NCBI RefSeq assembly: GCF_001194135.2
Contig: NC_068988.1
Location: forward strand, 3,805,245 to 3,869,244
Reading direction: 5' to 3'
DNA from: Octopus bimaculoides
Lineage: Eukaryota
DNA length: 64,000 nt
Part shown: positions 51,554 through 63,353 of the stretch, one piece after another
How the letters are laid out: every line of letters begins with the position of its first letter
Numbering within the stretch: position 1 is the first letter of the stretch
Translations under genes and position numbers: made by a program
Notes under the pieces: generated by a model
Seen by the model: the letters and a program-made list of their open reading frames with translations, nothing else
Told to the model about the DNA's origin: nothing
The model's database searches: none

Positions 51554-51780
51554 AAGGCAGTGAGCTGGTATAATCATTAGCATGCCAGGCAAAATGCTCA
51601 GTGATATTCTGAGTTCAAAATTCATTGAGGTTGACCTTGCTTTTCATCTTTCCAGGGTCGATAAAATATGTACCAGTTGAGAACTGGGGCCAATGTAATC
51701 AACTTACCCCTCCCCCTAAAATCGCTGGCCTTGTGCCAAAATTTGAAATCGCTGTTATTATTATTATTATTATCATCATT
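51554..51780 (+). mobile_element. Family A SINE with (TTA)n tail
   Basis: aaggcagtgagctgg...tggccttgtgccaaaatttgaaatc then (tta)n. Confidence 0.87.
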
Positions 51781-52312
51781 AACATCGTATTTTCAGATGT
51801 TTCATGAAAGTGTCTACACACAGTCAGGTGCCGCTCCAAATTTCTGAGGTGAATGTCACATTTGTGTACTGAAGGTAGAGAACAAGGTTTGTCTGCAACA
51901 TTAGTTTTGTTTTGTTTTATTTATTGTTATATTCTTTTCTCTATTAACTTACATAAAATATGTCCAATATAGAATGTGTTATATCATTAAGTATTGACAA
52001 TATTTTGTATAAGCTGTACCATTTGTGATGACTATATTAAACAAATGCTATATTGGTTTAATATTATTACTAACCCTTATCTGCTTGTTCAATTAATTCA
52101 TAATTGATTCTCTAAAAACTCTCACTACTAAATTTTTCTACTTATCACTCCATCTTGAAGCAAAATATATAAAATTTTATATCATTTTTCTTCTTTTCTT
52201 TCTTTTTTTTTAGTTTGTGTATTTTGGAGAATATGGTCATTTCTCAAGATAGCTCCAAGAAAATGAAATGATTACCAAGTTTTGCTGGATAAAAATTTTC
52301 CATGTCTGAATT

Positions 52313-52385
52313 ACTTTGCAAGTGGACAACTTTGCAAGTGGACAACTTTGCAAGTGGACAACTTTGCAAGTGGACAACTTTGGAC
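52313..52385. repeat. 16-bp minisatellite ACTTTGCAAGTGGACA x4 plus a partial unit
   Basis: Four perfect copies at 52313, 52329, 52345 and 52361. Confidence 0.97.
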
Positions 52386-52716
52386 TATGGTCATTTATCT
52401 CTCTACTTGCACGAGACAAAAGTTCAGACTTTCAGGTGTTTTATTTTTTCCAAAAATTATTTGTATGCTTAAAATCTGTAGAATAGGGTTTCTACATGGG
52501 TGGGGGAGCAAATGATAATAACAAATATAGGAACAACACTAGCTATGTCCCATCAAAAGAAAATAATGAAATTGTTTTGAAATTTACTCGAGTAAAGTTT
52601 TAAAGATAATGACATCTTACAGAGTGGTTCCAACATTGATAAAGCGATGCAGGAGGAGTTAGCTAACAACTCCACAAACACACCCACAGACAGAATTTCC
52701 CACATATGTGGTATAT

Positions 52717-52814
<98 letters not shown>

Positions 52815-52970
52815 ATGTGTGTGTGTGTGTATATACATGTGAGAAAGATTGAGTTCAATTTCCTCCTTTTACTTTGGTGGGGTCCATTGTTAGATTTCTG
52901 ATAAAGATTCTTCATATTAAATTGGTAGCTTACTATTGCACGTATTTTAAAAAAGAATATGAAAATGGTA

Positions 52971-53614
52971 CAAGTATAAGGTGTGTTATGAGCATTTATA
53001 GAACACGTATCCTATATAAACTCAACAAAGAATTAAAGATGGACAAGCGAAGATGTTAAAAGTTTTATAAAATTTTAATCCATGCATATGATCGTTTCGA
53101 ATGGTAACACCAACATGTAAGAAACATGGAAAAAAATTAAATTAATTATAATGTAATTAAATTAATTTGATTACATATTACCATTCTCCTCAGTGCAAAA
53201 AGAAGGATACGTCAGACAGAAAGTACCAGAAGAATATCATGTTGTTACAGGAGACTCTATGGAGTCAGTGTCGTATAACTCATTCGGATATTTATAAAAT
53301 GATTATGAATGATGAAATATAATAACATGCTTAGGTAGTGTTGAGTCTAGTTGTGTATGAACTAATACTCAGTTTAAGTTCTTACACAACTAGACTCAAC
53401 ACTAATATGTAATTAAATTACTTTAATTACATTTTATAATTAATTTGATTTTTTCCATGTTTCTTACATGTTGTTGTTACCATTTGAAATGATTGTATGC
53501 ATGGATTAAAATTCTATAAAACTTTTAAACATCTTCGCTTCTCCATCTTTAATTGTTTGTTGAGTTTATATAGGATACGTGTTCTATAAATGCTCATAAC
53601 ACACCTTATACTTA
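52971..53614. mobile_element. MITE with ~210-bp terminal inverted repeats and TA flanks (Tc1/mariner-type TSD)
   Basis: 52971-53180 against 53403-53614 shows about 15 differences by eye. TA on both sides. Internal 28-bp hairpin. Confidence 0.88.
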
Positions 53615-53676
53615 TATATATATACATATACACACATGCACTCATGCATGCACACACACACATATATGTATATAAG

Positions 53677-53737
<61 letters not shown>

Positions 53738-54055
53738 ATCTCCCCAGACACCAAAAATTTCTTCATTCTCAGTTTCTGAATTCAGTTGAAATATGCAAAT
53801 CTTAATCGAATATATTTTTTGTTGCTTCATAATTTCCACCCCACTGCACCCCCCCCCCTTCTAAATCAAAAGGTTACAACATAAATTACACTGACTGTGA
53901 TTATGTAAGATAGATTTATACTCTAGTGAGTCACTTCCCTGCAGCCATATTGTGGTATCCTATGATTTCTGCTTCAGAAGAAAATTATAGACTGATTTGT
54001 GTAAGACTAGATATCACATTGATTCTACGTCTCTTTCTTTATCCTTTCTCTTTAC

Positions 54056-54128
54056 CGTTGAGACCTAAGTATCTTCTCAGTTCTCTAAAGTGCCATAAAG
54101 TGCAGAACTCTTCCTTAACATGGATTAA
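54056..54128 (-). CDS. Candidate exon LIHVKEEFCTLWHFRELRRYLGLN
   Basis: Acceptor ggctttcag, donor G|GTAAAG, 73 nt, phase 0 to 1, single open frame. Confidence 0.28.
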
Positions 54129-54627
54129 CTGAAAGCCAGTGGGTTGTTCATATATATTACTTAATAAATATTCTCAGAGAATCTAGTATTGAACAGTGTT
54201 CTTAATATTTTCAGCCAATTCTTGCATAAATTTTGTTTGGATGAACAAGTTTACCAATATTTTCTTCTTAAATGTAACACCTTACAAGAATCATAGAACT
54301 GAAAGTTGTCCAGAAAATCTCTGTTCTATATTGATTCCAAAATCATGGCAAAGAAGACTTTGGAAGTAGCTAATACGCTTAAAAGGGCAAGGATTATGTC
54401 ACAAGAATTTTACCATTCATATATTGCAACAGATCCCCCATAACATCATATACAAATTAGTCAGATGAAAATCGTTACATTCAAACTTGACAGAATTTCA
54501 AAATTCACTCAGCTCACAAGATATTGGTATCAGACACTGTTTAATTATTAAACAACGCAAACTAGAAATGGGAACGGAAAGTCAATAGATTGGGAATCAT
54601 TGTACTTATTGTATTATTTCTAAAATT

Positions 54628-54900
54628 ATCATCACTATTACCATAATTTCTACCACCACCATCATAATCATCATTACCACCACCACCACCATCTTAGGCT
54701 CGATTTTACATACGGGCATGAGTAGGACTGATTCAAATATAAAGCCCAGTATCTTGAGATCTAACATCACTGTTTCTTCTCATGTTTTTCTTGGTCTGCC
54801 TCTGCAGGAGGCGTATGCTATGCTTTCATCCATATACTTTTACTGCACACTTTATCCAACACCAGTCCTCAGTTCCTTTCATAACAGCCATCTTCAATAC
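54628..54900 (-). mobile_element. RTE LINE 3' end with (GGT/GAT)n tail
   Basis: Reverse complement reads RGRPRKT*EETVMLDLKILG, then actcatgcccgtatgtaaaatcgagcctaa and a trinucleotide tail. Confidence 0.75.
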
Positions 54901-54945
54901 AAGAAAACAAAACCAACCGATTACATTTCAGTAAGTCATCCAAAC

Positions 54946-55552
54946 CAGTGATTCTCAAACTATTTGATGTGGCGTATCAGCAGTTTTTGTTTCTTTTTTC
55001 CCAATGTGCCAGGGACCAGTAATATTTCTTAGTAATATTAATTTATACCAGAAACAACATATATTATGAATGCCAGTACCGCCTGACTGGCCTTCGTAGG
55101 ATTTTCGAGCGAGATCGTTGCCAGTGCCCCTGGACTGGTTCCTGTGTGGGTGGCACATAAAATACACCATTTTGAGCATGGCCGTTGCCAGTACCACCTG
55201 ACTGGCCTTCATCCGGGTGCCACGTAAAAGCACCCACTACACTCTCTGAGTGGTTGGCGTTAGGAAGGGCATCCAGCTGTAGAAACTCTGCCAAATCACA
55301 TTGGAGCCTGGTGTTGCCATCTGGTTTCACCAGTCCTCAGTCAAATCATCCAACCCATGCTAGCATGGGAAGCGGACGTTAAACGATGATGATGATGATA
55401 AAAGTTGACAAATTTTTTCATCTTATATTCATTTTGTAAACAAATAATAAAATATTACATAAGCATTTTATAATGCCTCTTTCTTTTCTGGAAACTCGCT
55501 GATGGCTCACGGATCGGCACTGATCTGCAGACCACCTCTTTGAGCAGCACTG
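54946..55552. mobile_element. hAT (Charlie-like) MITE with 8-bp TSD, interrupted by a family C SINE
   Basis: TIRs CAGTGATTCTCAAA / TTTGAGCAGCACTG. TSD atccaaac (54938-54945) and atctaaac (55553-55560). Confidence 0.88.
55071..55399 (+). mobile_element. Young family C SINE-like copy nested in the hAT MITE
   Basis: CpG-retaining copy ending gcggacgttaaacgatgatgatgatgat. Confidence 0.92.
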
Positions 55553-56806
55553 ATCTAAACCATTCACATGCTTCCTTCCGCTTCCTTTCTTAGCTACTCA
55601 AACTATGAATAATTAATGTATATCAAACTCATTTCAAGTCTAACAGAGATTCTACTGCATCATGCTTGTAAAGAGAACAAAGTTTCAATTCTAATCTTTC
55701 TCCATATAACACTAATATTTCACATTCAGAAACATTTCTAATCTTTATGTATGTATATACACACACCCAAACATACACACATGTGTGTGCGCACGCACAA
55801 CTACTAAATTTAGATTGGGACCTTATATGTTTTCAACTATCTCGTTAGACATATCTTTTACAAACCCATTACAGTTGACTGACCATCTACAGAATTATTA
55901 TAGTGTACATATAATATTTAATAGTTATAATTACTTCATGTTTTACCCATAATTTGTTGCTTGAATCTAGAATGTATATGTGTAAATATATATATATATA
56001 TATGAGAGAGAGTGAGACAGAGAAAGACAGACAGAAAAAGAAATAGATAGATATATTGCAGAAGAATTGCAAGTAAGTAAGCCATAAAGTTGAGGTTAAT
56101 TGGATGAAAACTTTATGCCTTTTATGCAGCCATCTATGACTTTTAACATGATAATCTCAATAGATAATTCCTTCTAACTGAGAATTCTTGTAATTACAAG
56201 ATATGTCTTATGACTACAACTAAGTGGCCAGTAAATGGTAAGATGCTTGGTCGAATGATTTGCTAGCTTTATTGGGTCAGTGAGTTCTTGGAGTAGAATT
56301 GTGCATCTCTGACCCCTACTGTTAAGTCACTACCATTTCAATTGCCAGAACATATGAAAAAATACAGTATTTGTTTTTTTCTTTTTATATTCTAGGTTCA
56401 AATCTCATTAAGGTGAGCATTATTTTTATAACCTTACAGAGTTGAAAAGTACTAGTCAGGTATGAGGTGGGGTGGGGAACAGTGATACCAACTACTCCCC
56501 CCCACTTCTCTCAAAATTGCCAGGCTTTTACCTAAGTCAGGAACCCTTATTATTTCAGTAGTGGATTAATAAAAATAGAAGAGCATAGGATGATTAACAG
56601 ACTACCTGTATTTATTTTGTCTCTCTCAATACTAGTCTTAAATCTGCTCTGCGACAATATTGTATTATATCCATTAAAGGCCAATGAAATAGATGTTGGT
56701 ATTTTAATGACTCCCAAATGAATTTATATATTTTCACCCACTTAAGAAGTCATTATATTATTCAAAGAAATGGATTTTTGGATCAATGTATTTCCATATA
56801 CTGAGT

Positions 56807-57244
56807 TTAACCCTTTGGTGCCAACCATCCTGAAACCATCCTAGTTCTATGATACAAGCTTCTCATTTTAAAGTGATTTACATAAAATCTTCCATTAAAA
56901 TTTCTTACTAATTCATGTCCCACATACCAGCTTAATAATGGTTTCAAAATTTGCCACAAGGCCAGCAATTATGGGAGAGGGATAAGTCGATTATTTCATC
57001 GACCCTAAAAGGATAAAAGGCAAGTCAGGCTCAGCGCAATTTGAACTCAGAACATAAAGGTGGGTGAAATGCCACTAAGCAGTTTCCCTTGCATGCCAAC
57101 AATTCTGCCAGCTCTCAGCTTTACTAGATTAATAATGACTTTACTAAATTCTTTAGTTACTTTACTAAATTCTTTATTACTTTTAAAAATTAACTGAAAT
57201 AAAGACAGCATTCTTCAACAGAAATATGGCAATGAAAGAGTTAA
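56807..57244 (+). mobile_element. TTAA-flanked MITE interrupted by a family A SINE
   Basis: TTAAccctttggtgcc...ggcaatgaaagagTTAA. SINE at 56941-57128 (minus) is flanked by ttaataatg at 56932-56940 and 57129-57137. Confidence 0.85.
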
Positions 57245-57342
57245 TCCTGCGAATGTTAGCTTTTTAAAACTAAGTCTCCCTGGTATTGTTGCAATATGTC
57301 CCCAAATACACAGGACTTAATTATATTTCCCAATAATCTTAC

Positions 57343-57392
57343 CGTATAATTGTGGAATCGTGCCAGTATAAGAAGCCATTATTCAAAATTTT
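57343..57392 (-). CDS. Candidate exon KILNNGFLYWHDSTIIR
   Basis: Acceptor gatgttttcag, strong donor CG|GTAAGA, 50 nt, phase 0 to 2, single open frame. Confidence 0.3.
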
Positions 57393-58352
57393 CTGAAAAC
57401 ATCAACCTAAGAGCTCTTCTTATTAGTCTGAGCTAATAAGGGAATGACTATGGGATTGCTCAGCCGACAAGAAATAACAGCCAAATTTCCCTCAAATTAC
57501 ACCATACCAAGATGGGAACAGAAAGACATAGTGGGTAATGTAGTCCTTGATATGCAAAGTTGTATTGGTCATGGTTGGAATGCTTTTAATTACAGGTTTG
57601 CTTAATCAGGCTAACAGCAACAACAACAACTCATTAGTGTTATAGAAACAATTAACCAATACTGTTTATTAAATTTTAACTGAAATGGATACTTAACACT
57701 TAATGCTTGTCTAGAACTTCCACAGGATTGCTGAACCTGGGAGAAATAGCAGCAAAATCTTCCTCAGATCACATTATAACATCTTAGAAATGGAAGGACG
57801 CATAGAATTATATAGCCCTGGGTACGCAATGCCTACGGAAGAACAGACAACATGATTGCAGTTGGTATGCTTTTTATCTTTGGTGTGACTGACTTGGAGC
57901 TTACCAATAACAACAACAACAATCGTACATGCTTCTTGTGGAAAGAATTTGAATTGCAATGATTTCTTTGACGTTTGAAGATTATCTTTCCTCCATAATA
58001 ACAAAGCTGACCTCAGTGGAATTTGAACTCAGAACATAAAGATGGAAGAACTGCTGCTAAACATTTTGTCCATTTTAAGGTTTGATCATAAATAATAAAT
58101 GTATACTGACTTGCTAGAAACAGCAAGCAAATTACTCTCAAATTACTTTCTACTATCTTACCATAAAAGGACACAGTAGTTTATGTATTTTAGGGTACAT
58201 TATACTGAGAAAGAAAAAACAGAATAATCATTGCTAGAAATGTTGTTGTCTCACAGTCCTGGTCAAGCTAGAAAATCTACAATAATGTATAAATCTCTAC
58301 CTCTGTACAATAATGTATACCTACTATTATGTGTGTATATATATATATATAT

Positions 58353-58589
58353 NNNNNNNNNNNNNNNNNNNNNNNNNNNNNNNNNNNNNNNNNNNNNNNN
58401 NNNNNNNNNNNNNNNNNNNNNNNNNNNNNNNNNNNNNNNNNNNNNNNNNNNNNNNNNNNNNNNNNNNNNNNNNNNNNNNNNNNNNNNNNNNNNNNNNNNN
58501 NNNNNNNNNNNNNNNNNNNNNNNNNNNNNNNNNNNNNNNNNNNNNNNNNNNNNNNNNNNNNNNNNNNNNNNNNNNNNNNNNNNNNNNNN
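58353..58589. other. Assembly gap next to (TA)n
   Basis: 237 N. Confidence 0.99.
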
Positions 58590-59280
58590 ATATATACTAA
58601 AACCCTATACAAGCTTTACATTTACTAATTAATAGTGAATGCTTTTAATTGAAGTCCACAAGAGTTCAGTAGTTTTTCTTAAAGATATCAGGAAATGGTT
58701 AATCAATTCTTAATACACTACCAGCAATATTTACATGAAGCTTTTCCAAGTCAATTTTTGATCTTCATTTTCAACATATCAACCATCCACAGAACAGCAT
58801 TCTAGGCTGTCATAAATAGCATTCTATAATAATTTCATACTTATTCCCATACATTTGAAAACATCAAATTTAGTCATGTATAATCGGAATATATATTGTA
58901 AGTATAAATATTTACAGTGTAGCAATTACTATTCATTTGAACTCACCTACTTAGAGATTTCATTTATATAGGAAGACATAAAATTAATAATGTTGCTTGA
59001 CACTTGATGAAGTGACAGAAACACCTTACAGACAACTATTTCCACTGCAACTAGAAGTTTATACACATTTATTGGTTCCATAAGCCATCTAGTTCTTTAT
59101 TAATTTAGAGAAATGTCTATTACATTTTCTTCTATAATTACAGAGCAATGATTAAAGAGAAAAGAAATATGATATATTCGAGGCTGATTTTAATTCTTGT
59201 CAGTTTGATGAGTGTTTTACAAGTTAAGATGGTTCGCTAGCCAAACGATGTGTATTGACAACATTAATTAAAAGACATAC

Positions 59281-59389
59281 AGCACACTGAGACACTACAA
59301 AGCTAAGCAATTGGAATAACTTGGCAGATTGTTCCAATGAAATGCCTTTATTTTGGATATCATTCAATAGCCACTGGGAATTTCTGCTG
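59281..59389 (-). CDS. Candidate exon SRNSQWLLNDIQNKGISLEQSAKLFQLLSFVVSQCA
   Basis: Acceptor ttttcctgttatag (NAGNAG context), donor T|GTATGT, 109 nt, phase 2 to 0, compatible with 57343-57392. Confidence 0.33.
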
Positions 59390-59874
59390 CTATAACAGGA
59401 AAACATAACCTTATTGAAAACTTTAGCTGAATATGTAGACAAGAAAAGATATGTCTGCAATTAATCAGGAAATTCTAGCTTGGCAGAGGAAAGGCAGATA
59501 CTCTGAAAGTTTGTGAAGTTATAAACACATGGAATATGTCAGTTTGACCAAACTTTTGTGATGCAGGATTTACGAGTCATAAACATAAGAATATTTCTAT
59601 CCACCAAACTCAAATTTCATTTACCTCAAGAAAAATGATCATCATCAACCATTGTCTTTCATTTTGATATTGTCAATGAGGTGGAGGGGGGTCTTCATTA
59701 TAGCAGAGCACTTCTCACAAGATTTGGTCAACTCCCAGCAGGAGACTGTTCAAGTGAAATATGAGACTGTTCAAGTGAAATCATTACCAGTAATGGATCG
59801 GGGTAAAGTTTAATCAATAATCCCTCCTCCTTGGAACCAATGTTAAAAAACCCTTTATCTGTATATATGATACA

Positions 59875-60265
59875 GCTAAGATAGTCAGGTCATCTCCCAT
59901 GTATGGGTGATATCAGGATTCTGAAGCATCTTCACTTTGGCCAATTTGCAACAGGAAGGTCAGTTGGAAGGCCACTCTTGAGCTTCAAAGACAAACTAAA
60001 AGACAATCTGAAACGATGCAACATTCCCTTTTCTTCCTGGGAAAACAAAGCATCAGAACGAAGGACCTGGCGCCAGTCCTGTTTCTCCTCAGTTCAAAGA
60101 TTTGATCAAAGTCGACTCCAACACTGGAGCCAACTTCATGCAAGCATGAAGGCATGCTGGCAAAACGCTGCTCCATTAAATGGAATCCTTACCTATCATT
60201 GTGCTTTTGTGGCACGAAGCAAAGCATGCCTAGCTGTCCCCTCAAGAAAACACATAGTAAATGAT
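59875..60265 (+). mobile_element. RTE (BovB-like) LINE C-terminal relic
   Basis: LR*SGHLPCMGDIRILKHLHFGQFATGRSVGRPLLSFKDKLKDNLKRCNIPFSSWENKASERRTWR, followed by a decayed C2H2-like end (HCAFVARSKACLAVPSRKH). Confidence 0.85.
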
Positions 60266-60470
60266 CCTCAACTTGTTCCATTTGCCAAATGGTTTGCAAG
60301 GCACCAGCAGCTCTCAAGAAACACAATTGTATCCATAGAACATGATCAATGCTTTGTTTTACTGAACCTCCATTTGTCATTCACATCAAGAGAATCCATT
60401 TGAGGGATGTTTATAATGGCTGTGATAAATGCTACTTTTCTCTCAAAACAGTTATAAGTTTGCACTATAG

Positions 60471-60707
60471 ATATTTATTTCTTTATTGCCCACAGGGGAG
60501 CTAAACATAGAGGGGTCAAACAAGGACAGACAAAGGGATTAAGTCGATAACATCGAGCCCAGTGCATAAATGGTACTTATTTAATCGATCCTGAAAAGAC
60601 AAAAGGCAAAGTCAACCTTGGAGGAATTTGAACTCAGAACGTAACGGCAAATGAAATATCGCTAAGCATTTCGCCCGGTGTGCTAACGGTTCTGCCAGCT
60701 TGTTGCC
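60471..60707 (-). mobile_element. Family A SINE, full length, tail type B
   Basis: Same organisation and tail as 8358-8571. Confidence 0.92.
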
Positions 60708-63167
60708 TATAAACATTAGATAATTGGTTAAGGCAGGTCATCATAGGCAAAATCCGAAGCTGGATGAGAACAAGGAAGAATGTCTGCTGGTTTTCACTTT
60801 CAGCTATTTCACGAAAAGATGTGCAGTTGGTGAAATTCCCTGCATTTTAGTGGTAATCCATTTTAGTGGTAATCCTTTCGATTTCCTACCAAGCTTGAAT
60901 TTATCCACCACTTTAAAAAAATTTTTTTAAGTATGAATTAACTGAGAGACAAATTTTTCAGTTTTGGAATGTTGCTTATTGTGGGATTCCTTTGTGCAAA
61001 GATTTGAGCTGAGTACTGCAAGTTGAAAGATATGAACTCAGTACTCAAGCTAATGAAAATGTGTTCAATTGTACCCCGTTTGTGCCTCTACTATAAACAA
61101 CTGACTTCTAGTTTATAGCAGAGAAGCTGAGAATTATGTAGAGTTGTTGGAATCGTTACAATAAAGCAGAAAATTCTGCAATTCCTACAAACAGGGAAAT
61201 AAAATAATTGATGTAAACCTACCAAATGCTTCTATCAATGAATTATTAGTAAAATAACTCTGGTGCTTTGTACTCTTTTAATCTCATCTTGGCATTTCTA
61301 CTTAAACTATTTTTTCCATCAACATAGTAATTGATTGCAGAGTAACATGCTTTGAATTTTCTTGCAGTTCCAACATAGAGAATGGATAGATAGATATGAA
61401 GAAATAGAATATTCAAGTTAACAAACACTATAGTACTAATGAAATAATTAGAGGCTCTAAAACTACTAAAATCCAGGTAAGATAGCTCACAGAAGATCCT
61501 CTAAAAGGAACAGATATTTTGTAAATATCACTTTTCCAACTGAATTTTTGTCATCATGCACATTTAGAAATATCTATCTTATGTTGACAATATATATCTG
61601 CTATGATGCAACAACAAAGAATGAATAAAATATTGCTTCATAATAATAAAGCAACTACTTTGTGAAGAAAGATTAACATTACAAAAGTCTTGTGGTATAT
61701 TTGTTGCATATAAAATTTAACAAAGAAATTCAGAAAATAGCACAAGAATGAAGATTGTTCTATAGTTGACAAAGCTTTGAATATCATGATTCTTTATCAA
61801 ATGAAACAGCAAACTTAAATAAAAAATAATAAGTAGGTCTGTATATAAAAAGAAAAACAAAATAATCAGCAAAACATGAGAAAATAAATTCAATATTAGA
61901 AAAGTAGATTTTTTCCTGTTGTAACAAAACAGTGTTTTTTCATTACTAGGGAGGCACCCAGGCATCATTTCATGTTCTCAGTGCTACAATTGATTATTAT
62001 TTGATGTGTGTCTCCTGAAATCTAGGACATATAATAAACTGACATGATAGCTATACTCATCTGCTCAAAGTAAAGGAAGGGTGAAAATAAAACAAAAACA
62101 AAAACAAAGAAAGCAATTTTTTTCTTTTTTAGATTTGATCTTTTGCAGATACAATAATCGAAGCTATTCATTGTTAAAGCATATTAACAAGGTATCACTT
62201 TTAAAGCATATTACATGGTATAGCACTTAAGAGGGTTTGCTGTTTTTGTTAATTCACTTTTTCTGTCTCTTAGACATTCAGATATTTTCTTTGATCTTCC
62301 TATAAATTCTTCCAGAAAATCTCAGAATCTTACCTCACCACCTTGCCATGATCAAAAACAACAAACTTGATGTTTGTGCTGATAAAGTGGGTGAGATTTC
62401 TGCAGAAGAGCTTCATTCCCACTATCTTGATGCCACTACAAAAGATGAGTTTACTATCACATAAATTTCACATAACTCTCTCTTGGCAGCATTTTAAATA
62501 TAAATCAATAGCCTTCATCCTAACCATGCACTTTCAATCTTTGCCGCACGACAAAAGCCACTCTAGTCATGTCCCTTTACAAGAGAGATTGCATACAAAT
62601 ATACAAGTGATGAAAGAAAGTGAGAAAGTGAGGATGCAAAGGACAACAATAGGGAAAAGTCAATATATTTGAGCGATTGTCATAAATAAAAAGATTTTAT
62701 TTATGTTTTTTTCTATTCATTTGATAGTGACCATTGTAAACCTCAACCTTAAATACATTTATATATGCAGAAGATTTCTTTTTTATCTAAAATATCTTCA
62801 TAGCTTGAAAACTATAATAAAATATTTGTCTTCAATAATTCTATAGAAATAAATTTATTTGATTTCTAGTCTGCTCCTACTTCAGTTTTCAGTTACATCC
62901 CATTTCACTCTCATACATAACTTTGCCTAAATTGCCTTTCATTGAAAATTTTGCCATAAACAATAGAATAATGCCAGAAACGTTCAAAACCAAATATAAA
63001 TGCTTAATTCACAAATAGCTTTGTGGGTTATAGTTGTGCATTAATTCTTTAAAAGTTGGGGAAGTAAATAATCTGCAACAAGCAGATAGGATTTATCTAA
63101 ACTACCACAGATAGCTCAAAGTATATTTTTCTGTTGTTAAATAAACATGACACAAAAGCTACTTAGT

Positions 63168-63353
63168 GATTATTTCTAACATAGGCACAAGGCCAGAAAT
63201 TTGATGGGAGGGGTTAGTTGATTAAATTGATCAATGCTGGCAAGATAGAAGGTCAAGTCAACCTTCACAAAGTTGAACTCAGAATCTAAAGAGTTGTAAC
63301 GAAATAAAACTACAAGGCATTTTGTCTCTCATTCAGTTTTGCCAATCCTCTTC
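63168..63353 (-). mobile_element. Family A SINE, degraded (tail A)
   Basis: atttctaacataggcacaaggccag...aaggtcaagtcaaccttc...gaactcagaa. Confidence 0.78.

Noticed and set aside
59742-59780. Direct duplication gagactgttcaagtgaaat x2 (also cattttagtggtaatc x2 near 60844)
   Set aside because: Simple local tandem duplications with no further structure.
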